Origin: Marsupella aquatica
Taxonomy: Eukaryota; Plantae; Marchantiophyta
Direction: 5' to 3'
DNA: 64,000 nt
NCBI GenBank assembly: GCA_973895155.1
Contig: OZ316897.1
Span: 15,437,375 to 15,501,374, forward strand
Positions 1 to 13,342 of the stretch are shown here, in pieces (the stretch's first letter is position 1; every line of letters starts with the position of its first letter). The position numbers and the translations under genes were made by a program. The notes beneath the pieces were generated by a model. It was not told where the DNA came from. It made no database searches and saw nothing but the letters and a program-made list of their open reading frames with translations.

Positions 1-2176
1 GAGAGACCTTAAGTCTACCTCAGGCAACGCATCTGGGGCATCGGTTTCTAACAATATTCTATCCAAAGGCACCTGCACACATAAACACATTCAAATAACT
101 CAACCAACTCCATCTCCAATCACAGTTCGCGAGATTTTGAATGAAAAATGATGTTCTCATCGTAAGACTATCAATAAACGAACTACACAGTTTGACTGTT
201 TGACTGCTTGCTTCCAATGAACCAGACTTTGTCTCCTATTAAAAAAAACATATTGGGCGACCAAGGCCTTAACATATAAAGCCCAACCAAACTTACCAAA
301 ACAGGGGTCAGTACTCTAAGAAACACTATGAGCCAACTATCCTCTTCTGAACTGGCTCATGAACCAACTATCGAAAGAACCTTGCAGTGACCCTTTTAAG
401 AAGTAGGAGACTTTCCGAAACTACCTGCTCCAGCACTTTCTTGGCCTTGCTAGCCTTGACGGGTGTGAAAAAACCAGAGAAGGAAAAGTAGGCACCATTT
501 TTCACAAGGCCCTTAACTGACTCTGCTGGCCCATTGAATGAGTGCATTATGATACCCGATGGGAAGGTGCCCATCGTCCTACAGATCAGACAACAAGAGA
601 AATTCAGAATGACACCATGAAGCTGCAACAGTGTCAGAATCTCTTGGGACCAACGCAAATTGCAACATCTCCTTCCTATACTCGTAGACTACAGCCGTAC
701 AACCTTAACTGACGACTTCTCCGCTAGGTCAGGTATCAGTGAACTGGATTTGCTTTGGTCTTCGCCTTGTCTATAATTGAAGACCAACAGGAACCACATT
801 TATGCAAATTTACGGAAGTTAGATAAAGAGTGGATTATTTCCATACGAAAGTAAGCCTTGAAGAGGCCCAATGGCACGCACGCAATGTATTGAAACTGGT
901 CTTTGCAGATCTCGACCTAAATTGAGTTGCTCCCTGAGTATGTCCACCTGGAGAGTTACGTCGATTTCTCTACCGCGGGTTCCCAGGTCCAACCCAACCT
1001 GAGATCAAAACTCAAAAACTCACGGTGAAAGGAGAATAGGTGTATGGGACATCCAAACTGATCTGCAACAATTGTACACTATTGTTAACTGCTGGAAGAC
1101 ATCACTTTCTGCTTGAAGCTGCGGACTGGATAGTCGAGTAAATGATGAAATGTAATCCTAGAGGAATGGTAAGACAGTATAAGCACGTTCCCCTGAAATA
1201 TAGGCGTGTAGGACTGGCCAAAGCCTTTCTGGCAATGAAAACAAAGATATGGAGACCCACTTCTACATCAGCGAATTGGTTCCTTCGAGCACTTGAGGAA
1301 GTAAAAGCCTTCAGAGAAACATATTACCTCTCCCAGTCCTGCGGTGGGGTTTGCTTTAAGCATCTCCCGAAGAGTGGACAGCCAATTCTCAGACCTCTTC
1401 GGAATCCACCTGCGCCATGAGATGCAAGACAAATCAATATATCACTGTAGGTGGTTGAAGTTTGAAGAGAGACGCGTCTGACCTTATAATTTTTGGGCTC
1501 GTAATTTTCATGTCATACCTTGACTGTATTCTAAACTCTAAGTTCTAAGCTCTATGACAAGGCAAGCGGACTAGAAGAATCGGAAGGAGAGCAACATAAA
1601 GAGCAAATCCTTTACTCAGGTCTACGAGGTAACAATTTGATATCAGAAAGAACCAGAAGCATCTAACACCTAACACGCTCGGCTAACTAGTCAGAGTAGT
1701 GGAGACTAGACCTACCAGGGATGGAGGCCGAAATTGGGAATAACAGAGTTGTAGCTTTCACCCATTTTCTTCACTACTCCCCAATCTTCCTGAAATACAT
1801 ACGCAGTCTCAACTATATCGTTAATGAGGCGATTGAAATTTCTTAACGATTTTCGATTCCTTTGTAGAAGTAAAAAAATGATCATAAATTCTGGTAATCT
1901 CTGACAAAACCTCAAATTAGCTTCCAAAACTATTTAGTCACTAGTCTGTAAAGCACAAGGCACTGATAAATCATTATTTTGATCATCACTTCCACCTCGA
2001 AAAGACGCCGGAAAAAGAACAAATCTCGAATTCGAGCAATTCTATGTCCTGCTTCCCATTTGGCTGTCCAGAAAAATCGTGCGCTGCTTGCAAGGCACTT
2101 CGATTCAGCGACCAAAACAATGTTCAATTTGATTAGGTTAGGATGGTTGAAAGATGGTTCAGCCAGCCAGCCAGTC

Positions 2177-2209
<33 letters not shown>

Positions 2210-2357
2210 GTCTGTCGGACTAAACCTCTGAGGTGCCATTGACAGCGAACCAGCGAACCCCTGCATCAGACGCCTGCTGGATGAGCTTCGGCGCACTAGC
2301 CGCGATACGCAAGTCCTGCAGATGGCAGTGCGCGTCGAAGAGAGTCAATCGAGCCAT
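1..2357 (-). CDS. TatD-family DNase / amidohydrolase-fold nuclease; 6 exons visible, 3' end beyond the window
   Basis: Manually spliced with GT-AG introns. Exon 1 (2357-2226) MARLTLFDAHCHLQD..VNGTSE; exon 2 (1789-1716) EDWGVV..NFGLHPW; exon 3 ..NPTAGLGE; exon 4 VGLDLG..RPVSIHCVRA; exon 5 GIIMHSFNG..GAYFSFSG; exon 6 (72-1) VPLDRILLETDAPD. These contain the TatD motifs DxHxH, GLHP, GEVGLD, IHC, HSF and LLETDxP. Confidence 0.95.
2178..2209. repeat. (AATC)n microsatellite in TatD intron 1
   Basis: Run of tcaa/aatc units seen directly. Confidence 0.9.
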
Positions 2358-2938
2358 CGGCCTCCTCTTCTTCTGTAGATATGTCCTACTCCCATCAATT
2401 CGTCGCCTCAAGAGCTCGTCACATGGGATCCAAGGTCATGAGTCAAGTCAATTTCTGAAGAGAGATATGTGCCATCTACACTAGTCGAACCAATTCATCA
2501 ACATGAGCTGCGACTGATTGATGGCTCAGGATCTCGAAGCTCTCTTTTTGCTCAAAAGACGGAGCTGCCAGATTCGGAAGTGGAGGGAAATTACATGGGC
2601 GAAGTCAAAGTGTCACCATAGCTGATGATCTTGTGGGCTATCCCAGAATTCGTCTAAGCATTGTTTTTAGTAGACACCTTAATTTGACCAGGCCTAGATT
2701 ATCACCGGCTTAATTATCAGCATTAGTATTAACTACTATCCCATTGCCAACGCAATTAGGGCTCTCAGATTATGAGCCTCAAGCTTCCGAGTTAGGAACC
2801 ATTTTGTCCACAAACAATTGGCAGCTTTTTCAGAGTTAGGAATGATGGCTTTTGTCCATACACAAATGGCCATCCCTTTTTTCATAGGGTTAAGTAAAGG
2901 AGCTTTCTTTTCACTAGCTTCTACCATGACTTATATAT

Positions 2939-3083
2939 GGTCATGACATAATATAACCAATCTTTCCGGCAAAATGTTATGAATCATGAATTGTGGTAGT
3001 CCATAACTTTTGGTCATAACATAATATAACCAATCTTTCTGGCAAAATATTATGAATCATGAATTTTGGTAGTCCATAACTTT
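2939..3083. repeat. 73-bp tandem duplication, rich in CATGAC/CATAAC motifs
   Basis: ggtcat(g/a)acataatataaccaatcttt..ggtagtccataactttt at 2939 and 3012. The motif gacataatataaccaat recurs near 3796. Confidence 0.85.
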
Positions 3084-3199
3084 TCATGTTCATAACTTTA
3101 ACTACTAATAAATGTCCATCAAATTGTGGGGTTTGAGACCCCTAGTATTGTCTACAGTACGTGTTCTTGATTGTAGAGAGATGGCCAGGCAATTCAATC

Positions 3200-3790
3200 A
3201 GCATAAGTGAGTTCATTTCAGAGCAGTGAAAATGATCCAATGCTGGAAGCTGGCAGAATGCATGTTGACCGTTGGATCATTCAAGGTTTACCAAGAGTTA
3301 CTTCAACTAACCAGCGCCAGAGAAAGGCCCTTTGGTTGTCTCTCTTGATTGGATCTTTTGCCTGTGGATCATGTCTCCGGGATGGGAGCCTTTTGTTGTT
3401 TGGCAGTTTGATATATTATAATCTTTGACTCGACACTAAATGCTTTCCAAGTTTCCTCTCAAATCTTGGTTTGACATGAGATGCTTTCCAAGTTTCCTCT
3501 CCAAGGAATTTGCAAAAAGGTGCATTCCAATACACTAGCTCCAAGCACTGGTGGCTTGTAGATGCTACATCCACTGGCAATGCCCGAGAGCACAACGACC
3601 AGCAATTGTAGGAATGTATGTAGCAAATTGCATAGTAGATAATTGTCATACAAATATCCTTGGGGAGAGTGGATGGAAGGAATCATCACAGAAGAGCAGT
3701 ACCATTTCTCTGATGTGCACTTTGAGCTGGAGGCCAACATTGCTCAAACCAAACCAAATAACTATTGAGTCTCATTTGGTGAAACTTATG
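3200..3790 (+). mobile_element. Possible decayed LINE (L1) ORF2 C-terminal fragment, zf-RVT-like
   Basis: Broken frames give RWIIQGLP and YIHWQCPRAQ, resembling the WR..H.GLP and HxxxxC motifs of plant L1 C-termini. Many stops and frameshifts. Confidence 0.3.
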
Positions 3791-4548
3791 GTGATGACAT
3801 AATATAACCAATAGAGAAGGGTGTCCACTCAGTCAACATAATTTCTGTAAGGAACGTACACTATATAGACATGTAACCAGATTTTAAGAGGGCACGAACT
3901 CCAGCGGGAGAGAAGACCAGATCAGCCCGGCGTCGATCAGGAACCCCATCCCATGGGGGTAACACGTATCGCTACTCCATCATGACATGGTACCCACAGT
4001 CATAGGGCAATGGCCGCCATTATATCCCGGATGCCAAGAATCCGGGATTTAGAATCCACTAGCCCCGACTAACCGTTCTTTGAACGTGAATAGCTCAGAG
4101 AACAATAAAAACATTATCAAATATATTATTTATTCATATTCTTTTTAAGTTAATGAAATGGTAAAAAACTCATCATTTTAATAATCATATATAATATATC
4201 ATTCTCCTTTATGTGCATATCACTCTTTTTGTATGCACATCCATCTTCTATGCACATTTGTTGTGGTGGGGCCATAGTGCCCATATTTTTTGAATCTAAA
4301 TACTTAGAAATTATCACAAAAAAAATTGCATGTATCAATTGACATACATTTTAGTCATGTCATGAGTTTTTCCCAGTCATAAACATGATGGCCATAGAGT
4401 TAGGGTCTAGAGGCTTCACTCTACACCTAGGCCCTTAAAAGTAGACTTCACTTGGCGCTTTTTATATAATACGGAACTGTAAGATTGGATGTCAAGGTAA
4501 ACCAAACCCAGACCAGCAAAAATTCTTCCTTATTTCGGGGGAAGGTAT

Positions 4549-4838
4549 TGCCGTTGACACTTTGAAGGCATCCCTTCATGTATTGTAGGAACGAAAAGAC
4601 TGAAGGAAACCAGCAGAAATTCTCCAGGGATTTCATAGAAAGGCATCCCCGTTGACACTTTTGAAGGCATCCCTTCACGTAATGTAGGAACGAAAAAGAG
4701 TGAAAGGAAAACGAAGCCAAGCTGAAATGTGTAACACAGTACTTTTGAAGGTATCCCCTTCACGTAATGTAGGAAGGAAAAAGAGTGAAAGGAAAACGAA
4801 GCCACGCTGAAGCCACGCTGAAATGTGTAACACAGTGC
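4549..4838. repeat. ~80-100-bp tandem repeat, 3 diverged copies
   Basis: ctttgaagg(c/t)atcccttca(t/c)gta(t/a)tgtaggaa..gaaaa.ga.tgaa occurs three times. Confidence 0.85.
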
Positions 4839-5001
4839 CAAAGGGCAGAAAAGGCCGAACCGGGAATGGCAAAGCAGCCCAATAATGAAGGGAAAGGGCC
4901 CTAGCACCAGATCATACAGTACGTAGTTAGTAGCCAGATTCTCCCTTCTGCTGCCAGATGACAGGAGCCAGTGTGGCACCTTTGGAAAAAACCTTAGTAG
5001 A

Positions 5002-5080
5002 AATCCCTGATCACGATCCTACTAGTACGTACAAATGTGAATCCCTGATCACGATCCTACTTGTACGTACAAATGTGAAT
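5002..5080. repeat. 38-bp tandem duplication
   Basis: aatccctgatcacgatcctact(a/t)gtacgtacaaatgtg occurs twice. Confidence 0.9.
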
Positions 5081-5603
5081 TCCAAGGCGGCTCAATATTT
5101 ATGACTCTATCCGTGTTTTCCGTGCAGATGGCCTGGAAAATGTCGGCGCAACAAATGATCTCTCCACAGCAACACTCCCGCTCATCTCGCCGGCGCATTT
5201 ATTCAGCAGGCAACAAAAAGTCCCGCTCATGTCAATGAATTCCAACTTGAGGCACTGAGGCAGCTTGTACAACGTCGCTACGCTAGACTCCCTGGACTGA
5301 TACATATTTGAGATTCTTTGTTCGATTTTCGTCTCGCAATTCGTTCGCCGGCTAAGTTTTGGTGCTGCAAGGCTCTGGTGTCGACAGTAAATTTGTGCTC
5401 TTGGTTCTGAGTACTCATCACGAAAAATGAAACGGAAGACTCGTCCAGGCATGCTCCTTCTCTCTTTAATGCCGCTGTAGCATCATTTTCAGACCTTGAT
5501 TTATCATGCTACCGTAGACGCTCACACAAAAGATTTCCAGTCAATCGTAATAAATTTATGCTTCACGTTAAGAGTCTCCACATAGCACAATCATGCCGTC
5601 TAA

Positions 5604-7220
5604 ATGTTTCTAGATCTTCATGTACCAGATCTGCATGTACCACCGTTAGGAACTCCATGGCCGTCCATCTTTATAGCTGGACAGGAGAAGCCGAAGATTG
5701 TGAAGAGTGCAGAAGAGGCACAGGTTCGGGCCTCTGCATCGGTACTCTTCAATCTACGACTGATGGTGAACGATCCTGCTTTTAGCGACGTGGTGTTCCT
5801 CTGTAACGATGGGAAACGAGTGCAAGCATCACGAATACTGCTGGCGGGCAGGTCGGAAGTGCTGAAGAGCATGTTCATGAATGGTATGGCAGAGTCTAAT
5901 CTCTCCGAGATTAAAATGGCTGAAATCTCCTCACCGGTGCTGCTCGCCGTATTCGAGTTTCTCTACACAGGAACCGTGATTAAATTTGAACCCGAAGGTT
6001 GGGAGATCGCTTGTGGAGTGATAACTGCTTCCAGGTACTTCCTCCTCCCTGACTTGGAGATGATTACACACAAGTTCATGCACAATCTAACAATGGCTGT
6101 CGTTGACGACTTGCCCGAGGCCGCCACTATGTTGACAGCCGCCGTTGCATTGAAGTCCCTGTCTGACAAGACTGATGCGAGCCTGAATGAGTTGGTCACT
6201 ATACTGAGCTCAAATTGGTCGGATTCTCTGTACGTTAAGAGCCTCTCTGAGGAAGCCTTTGACTACATTTTAAAGAACAGCAGGGGCAATTGTGAAGAAG
6301 ATGGCAAGCTCTCATTCACGGAATACCTACGTTTCAGACAAGTGATTCGATGGTGGTCTTATCAAACTGACTTTGGATCCTGTGCAGCAGAAGAGCTCCT
6401 GACTTTTATTGAGAAAGAAGCCTTGTCTATCTGTGCAAACATAGACGTATTTGAGAGGGTCGAGAGCCCACGGGAAGATGCTACATGCATTCTACATGAC
6501 TGGCATTGCTGGAGGGTGGACAAAGCGTCTAGGAACTCGGCGATAAGATTGATGTCGAATATTGACTGTCGGAGGAGCCATCCTATACTAGTTGCGAAGG
6601 TGGTGGAGCCCTTGAAAGTTGTTTCTGGCGAAGAGATCCTGAATGCCTTTCGGTTTCATGCCATTCGAAGACTCATAATTTGCGTCTCTAAATGTTGTTG
6701 GGCGCATGGCGAGTCGTATTGTACGCTTGACAACGGGTCTATCCTCCAGAAAACCCAAGATGGAGATGGACTAGCGGTGATGACAGCCGGAATGTCGCGC
6801 GTGAATGGTGTATATCAGTGGCGTTTCGTCCTCGAACAAACGGAGATCAATGACGTTGTTCAGCTGGGATTTATGTACCAGAAGAGCATAAAGGGGGAAC
6901 TTGACGGTGAGTCACTATCTGCTCGAGATGACGCAAGACTGATAGAGATTTCTGAGGGCCAGGTGAGTGTCAATAAAGAAAACCGTAGACACTTTGACTG
7001 GACGGTACTTCGGAGCCATTTCAATTATAGTGAGCGGACAACAGTAGGTTTTAAGTATGATGCATTAGAGCACACCTGTTCTGTCTCTATCGACGAACAG
7101 GATTTTGGTATATGTTGGGAACGTCTTCCGGATGAAGCCTACTACCCAGCAGTCTCTCTCGGTTTTGCTTTTAGAAGACATGTACGCATCGAACTTGGAA
7201 GCGGGTTCGACATATTATGA
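5604..7220 (+). CDS. Intronless BTB/POZ-domain protein (538 aa) with a helical BACK-like middle and SPRY/B30.2-like C-terminus; putative CUL3 substrate adaptor
   Basis: BTB signature FSDVVFLC.DGKRVQASRILLAGRSEVLKSMFMNGMAES..FEFLYTG. The C-terminus GVYQWRF..VQLG..TVGFKYD..YYPAVSL is SPRY-like. Confidence 0.88.
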   Translation: MFLDLHVPDLHVPPLGTPWPSIFIAGQEKPKIVKSAEEAQVRASASVLFNLRLMVNDPAFSDVVFLCNDGKRVQASRILLAGRSEVLKSMFMNGMAESNLSEIKMAEISSPVLLAVFEFLYTGTVIKFEPEGWEIACGVITASRYFLLPDLEMITHKFMHNLTMAVVDDLPEAATMLTAAVALKSLSDKTDASLNELVTILSSNWSDSLYVKSLSEEAFDYILKNSRGNCEEDGKLSFTEYLRFRQVIRWWSYQTDFGSCAAEELLTFIEKEALSICANIDVFERVESPREDATCILHDWHCWRVDKASRNSAIRLMSNIDCRRSHPILVAKVVEPLKVVSGEEILNAFRFHAIRRLIICVSKCCWAHGESYCTLDNGSILQKTQDGDGLAVMTAGMSRVNGVYQWRFVLEQTEINDVVQLGFMYQKSIKGELDGESLSARDDARLIEISEGQVSVNKENRRHFDWTVLRSHFNYSERTTVGFKYDALEHTCSVSIDEQDFGICWERLPDEAYYPAVSLGFAFRRHVRIELGSGFDIL

Positions 7221-7792
7221 ACGGCTAGAAGTGTCGGGAATTTGCCTTGCTGACAGGGAAGACAATTTCTAGCTTCGATTTCATCTGTTGATGAGTCCCT
7301 GTGTACCTTGAAGGGCAAATGGCTTAGAGCATAGTGAAGTATCTAAGATCAGGATGTGTTTGCTGTCGAGGGTTGCAAAAGCGTTGTGATATTACAGTAA
7401 GAAGCAATCAAAACATAGCAGCACTTTTTTCCAAATTTTGAATTGAGGATAAAGAGCATCGGAGCATCTGGGGACACTAGACACACGGTGCCATCGGAAA
7501 ATGCATGCAGAAGTTCTCAACCTAGTCATCGAGAGGCTAATTCAAAAATACAACTGCCTATTCGACGTCGAACTTTACACCCAATGCGATCAGTCTCACG
7601 AAAAGTATGTGCGTGATAAGACTGCCATATAGCTCCGCACTATGACCGAAACCTCCAATTCATCCACACCTGAGATTTGTCATGGTGTACAAAGGGCAAG
7701 CTCAGCCTGCATCTCCCATGGTCCAAACAATCCACAGTAAACCACCCTTTAGTCGGAAGGTATAACAGCTGTGGATATGCAACGATCGTTGA

Positions 7793-7955
7793 CGATACCA
7801 AGAAACGTAATTCAGGGTACACATAAAAACATGACATTTTTTTCAGTATAATATGATATAAACTCGAGACGTCGATACCAAGAAACGTAATTCAGGGTAC
7901 ACATAAAAACATGACATCTTTTTTAGTATAATATGATATAAACTCGAGACGTCGA
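7793..7955. repeat. 80-bp near-perfect tandem duplication
   Basis: cgataccaagaaacgtaattcagggtacac..aactcgagacgt at 7793 and 7873. Confidence 0.92.
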
Positions 7956-8184
7956 GCGTGGGAGAGGCTCATGCACAACGCTCAAATTAGCAGGTTGTGC
8001 CACACACACTTCAATTCAATAGCTCGAGATGTATTTGCACTCCCATCAACCATCTAATAATTTTGAGCTAACTGGTGGATGAAGCTTCTAACCACAAACC
8101 TCAGCTGCTTTTAAAAACATGATGGGGAAAAAATTGGGAACTCAAAGGGCGAATTTGCCCTGGATTCATGAATGTCTAGGGCTC

Positions 8185-8205
8185 GTGTGTGTGTGTGTGT
8201 GTGTG
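8185..8205. repeat. (GT)n microsatellite
   Basis: Seen directly. Confidence 0.9.
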
Positions 8206-10325
8206 AAAAGATTGTTAAGAATTGTGAAAACTGCGAAGAATTGTGAAGATTGTGAAGAATTCGTCCCACATTCGCCTCCGCTGTTTTACATGTAACTGCA
8301 AACTATAGAAATCAAATCAAAATTTGACCTCTTCCCTGACTCACACTACAATCTCGTATCACAATGGATTCTCTAGATACAGTAAACATCTGCTTCTTCG
8401 GTGAATGCCAAACTGAAAATCCACAATCGCGTTGAGCGCGGATTAGATGTTCGACAAGACATATCCTCGTCTGGGGCCCTGCATTCACAATAAACTTATA
8501 ATCAATTAGGTTGGGAAGGAGATATTGCAACAGTCAATATTCTGGCTTCTTAAACTTGACTGTGCATCAGTGAAGGAAGCACGACATCAATCATGGACGT
8601 CGGCTGCACGTATCCCACTCTAGAGATATGATGGCTCGATCAAAAAATTGCTTTGACTAAATAATCACCTATTGTTCAAGGATCAACCCATTTGATACTC
8701 TGGAATTTAAAAACAAAACACTAACTGGAAAACTCACATGCCCTCCATTTCAGGCGATCCACTTCTTCAACTATGCAGAAATCCTCGGCGGAACTACCAG
8801 AATTAGACTTGATGCCCCTGAAAAGATGTGAAATCTCTCGACTAACCACTAAAGTACCCTGCTATTTCAATATTCAAACTATTTCAATATTAGAATTGTA
8901 TGTAATGAGGCCAAATAGAGCTCAGTCAACTCTTATTTAGGCTCAGATCCAGGGTGACTTGAGCATCATCTCTCAGTTGAATTACTTAGGATTAGAATGG
9001 GCCTGAACTGCAAAAAGCTTCGGGATGTGCTTTGGTCCGAAGCTATAACTCCTGAGCCATGGCTGTTATGCCGATAGTGGCTGGGTTACAATCGGTAGAC
9101 TGGTTGCCAACATTTCCTCTCATTTTGTTGTATTTTCCCTCTAAACAGTGACACTAATTGCTCTACCCAAGTAAATAGTCATATTGAATTGCAGTACATC
9201 AGAGCCTGGTAGGCCCGGGGGTTACAGATCATGTAAACCCCCCTCTTGTAAATTGTTCTTTTTATATCTATAAAAGGTTATGAGGCAGTACCCTGCACCT
9301 GAGCCACGGAACACTGTGCCAGTCTGGGCTGGGGATTCTCAATTTTGACTGAGATTATAGATTAGGCTCAAAGTGACAAACCGTGGCCCATGACAGTTTT
9401 GCAATGTAAAAGTGAAATGAATATCCCATCGCCCCCTCTTGGGGATGGGTTACCATACACAATCTCCCACACTAACATAGTCAAAAAAATCAGGAATTGG
9501 ATTACAGCTTTGAGTGACTCCTAAGCAAGTCCCAGTAAAACAATGACTGCAACAGAGAGGCAGTGGGCACTTCTGCTTGCAAAAGGAGGGTGATCCTTAA
9601 TGGGCAGATGGCAGAGCTTCTTTCCAAAAATGCACTAGATATGAGGGCAGTCGTGTCAGGATCTTTTGAGGGCTGATAGACCACAAGACTAAAATGCCAT
9701 ATGTGAAGTTTGGGAGTGACCCTTTGGCTTGCAATTTTCAAGATAGGAGGCTAGAATCCCATACTTACCATGAGTCAAGTATAGTCACCTGGACCTATTT
9801 GTCTGTCTCACTATCATGGTGAAGACATGACTTGCTTGAAGATATGCTGAACACAGATAGACTGATACTTACCTTAGAATATTGCTATTGCAGTTTGTCA
9901 GAAAGAACCTATCTCTTGGGACCCGGGCTTTGGATTCCCTCATGAGCCAAGGCTGCGGTTTTAGGGACTCTTGACAAATTTCTCCTCATGACCCTTCTAC
10001 TGGATTCACTCCAGAGCTTTACCAGGCTTTTTGGTTTACTGTTGCATAGGCGTTAAGCTCCTTTATAATCTCGAGCTTTTGGCCTCTTTGCTCTTCATGG
10101 GTTTTCACTTGATTTCACCCATTCATTGGGTCTTGTGTCTTTGGGATCCTGTCTCCTAGTTTGGTGTGTTTTGTGTTTTTGGAAGTGTGATGCATCTGCA
10201 GGTGGGCTGTTTTTGTCTGGGAAGGATCCCCTACTTTTGACTTTCCTCCTTACTGGTGGGCCCACTTTACTCTGGGTTAATCTTTGAAACAAAGAACTGG
10301 CCAAGGAAAACAATGTATTAGTTAT

Positions 10326-10596
10326 AGCTGAATGAGTCGGTTTTTTCCTTGAATGTATATCTTGACCCCAGACATTCCCTACTGTTTGCCAAGTGATTCT
10401 ACCAATCTAGGCTCTTATTTAACTGTCAAAGAATATGAAGGGATCACTCATTTGTTGGTGAAAGCTGAGTGAGTCCACTTTTTCCTTGGTTGTATATCTT
10501 GCCCAGACATTCCCTACTGTTGCCCAGTGATTCTACCAATCTAGGCTCTTATTTAAATGTCAATGAATACGAAGGCATCACTTATTTGTTGTGAAT
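10326..10596. repeat. ~137-bp tandem duplication
   Basis: agctga.tgagtc..cccagacattccctactgtt..gtgattctaccaatctaggctcttatttaa at 10326 and 10463. Confidence 0.88.
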
Positions 10597-10921
10597 TGTA
10601 TCTTGGCCGTAGCCAACCCCAACCCATCTCCAAACCAACGATCTATTTTCTGCTTTGAAAGCATCTCATTGTAGCCAAATAATTGAGACCTGAAGCTGTC
10701 CATGTTGCGAAATTGGGCCACTGGTAATAAATGCTTTTTGAGTCATGTGCTACAAAAATTGTTCTTATTGTCAATGCTGCCGCAGTTTTATTCATATTTA
10801 TGAAAATGTCAGGGTCTAATGTACACGGAACTCTTACGTAGAGACTTAACCCACAGTCAGTTTCCCTCCTTTTTGTACATGTGGCAGCTCATTTCTCTGC
10901 ATATTTTTGGTGATTAGACCA

Positions 10922-10947
10922 TAGTAGTAGTAGTAGTAGTAGTAGTA
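10922..10947. repeat. (TAG)n microsatellite
   Basis: Seen directly. Confidence 0.9.
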
Positions 10948-13342
10948 ATACAATGATGCAAACAAAGACCTGTCCAATCAAAGCTCTTTCCTTCCAGCTC
11001 GCCTTCTATTTCAACACCCAGCTAAATTCTGGATGTCACTTTGGGTTATGTTCCAACCTAAGTCAAAAGTGGGAAGAAAGTCTTCCTCTTGTGCTTCCTA
11101 TTATTTGACGAAAGGACAGGGGAACCACAAAATTATGGAATATTGTAGTATGGAGAATTTAGGAGATAGACCTTCATTGGGACCTTGGTTTCCATTGTGT
11201 AGTATATTGGGCATTCTAATTCCTACACCAAGTCATCCTCTCTCCTGCTCTTCTTCCTTCTTCAAATACCTACATATACATATGTCCCCGTATATGTCTT
11301 ATGTGCCTAGTCTTCAAAACAATGCTCATGGGATTGTTGTTGTGAAAGCATTGAAATCGGTCCAAGTTGAGATAGTATTATTTTACAAAAATAGTCCTTT
11401 TTGGGATAAATGCTAGGGACTTGCAAACTGATATCAATACAAGATCAAATTCTTTGAAAGGGACAATCGATCATGAACAACAATAACCCATCAGCCTACT
11501 TATTATAACCTCTGCTTCAGAACTAATCTACAGCAGTAAACAACAATGTTAGTACTCTAAATATTTCTTACAATAAGATGTCTCCTGTAAATAAAAAGAT
11601 TTCAAGCTCATAGATAACTCCACAGCCCGGTCCACAGGTAAAACATAATATCTTGAAAGCGCAAACCAAGTTAGTGGAAACAATTTTTCAATTGAAAATG
11701 CTTGCTAGTGATTTTGAGCATGGGTAGAACATTTTGTATGTGAGTCACATTGCTGTGTGTCTGAAGTCCTAAAAAGCTTTCACAGCCTGTAGAATACAAT
11801 GGAAAGTCTTCCACTAAAACATAACAAGCAAACTAAGACATTTCTCTTCGCACCCTTTGGTTTGAAAGAGTGTGTCTATTGGAAGCTTTCTCAACCCTGT
11901 TAGCTTGGACATGACATTGTATGCCATAGGTGTGATGTAAAGGTGACTCATTTTTCCAAGTTGGCATGGTCTAGCGAATTCAACAACAATACTTACTAGT
12001 TGAATTGAGCATCAAAGTTGAAGTGTCAAGTAGTAATTGTTACTATAAATATTCTTTACAATTTGAGAGCTACAAAGTTCACATAAGTCCACTTTAAATA
12101 TAATTGACAACTGGTACCACAAATATTCAAGCCCTAGTGGAAGTAGGCCGCCCTTTCATTTCTATTATTTTCTTCAACAGAACTTTTTTACTCACTTGAC
12201 CACTACCTGATTGCCTCCCAAGGATCAGATCACATCAACATAAGGGCTGTTTTAATGCCACCTTGATGATGATGCACGATGATGATAATGTCTTGTCAAA
12301 TAACCTAACAAATGGTAACTTAGACTTCGATGAAATTTCTATCAAGGGGCACTGTTGATTTTGAGAAGTGACCTGAGTTGGGAAGGAACAGGAGTGATCA
12401 ATCAAGTGACTCTTTGCTTCAGAATATTTTATCCTCGGGGACTATAATATGCAAGCAACTCAATATTCCATCAATCATGAGATCAACAGTATCCTTGAAT
12501 ATTTTCAACAACAATCCATTTATTACAACAGAAATATGTACGTTTGTCCTTAGAACCAATATAAAATTTCCTTTGAGGTGATAAGTTTTTTTGTCCTAAG
12601 ATTATTGTCTTGTAGCATTGTAATCGTGATTTCTCCTCTTGTGGATAAATTCACAATTATGTATTTCCTGCTGGAGACCTTTCTTTATTATTGTTATTAG
12701 AGCCTACTCTGCTCTCTATTGCCTTATTCATAATTCAGCAGTTTACAGTGTACACTTTGGATGATCTTCGAGAAAATCATTTAGTGGTTCTCATCAATTG
12801 ATATCAGTTTAGTCACATCCTTTGATAAATGATGAAAGTGTTTCTTTCAAATCATCCTGCTTTATGCATCTTGATTAACTAGGAATTAGCTTATGATCGA
12901 GCAAGGAATCTGGAAATACAATTACACAACAATATTGTTGGCAAGCCAAATGAATGTTTCCCCAACCTAGTTCTCAATATGGGGAAAATATTAATTGCAG
13001 CAAGTTTTGAGGTTCTCTTGGGTTCAGTATTACATGAATGTTTTCAGAATTCCACAATAAGTTGTTTACTCAAAATGTTCAGACTGAATGATTGTTAATG
13101 ACATTTCTAAGCAAGACAATCATGCAGGCTTCTTGGGTTTTCTTCATAATTAGGTCAAGATCCAAGAAGTATTTCTAGAGTGAGACAACTCGGGATGATG
13201 AAGTTGGCAGAGTAAGGTTGCTTGGATGCTCCAAATATACAATGAACATGTATTCATGGAACAAGATTGATCATTGCATCTCACATTGTATACATGGGAA
13301 GGCTGGTCGTGTTTTGGTGATGGAAGAGGTTGAAGGAAGAAG

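Noticed and set aside
4549-4838. CRISPR-like repeat-spacer array (also considered for 16597-17010)
   Set aside because: Whole units are duplicated with no unique spacers, the context is eukaryotic, and there are no cas genes.
8300-13000. Named TE or gene in the BTB-orphan intergenic region (likewise 28700-32500 and 44400-46200)
   Set aside because: Looks like decayed LINE or DNA-transposon debris, but no diagnostic motif could be read with confidence.
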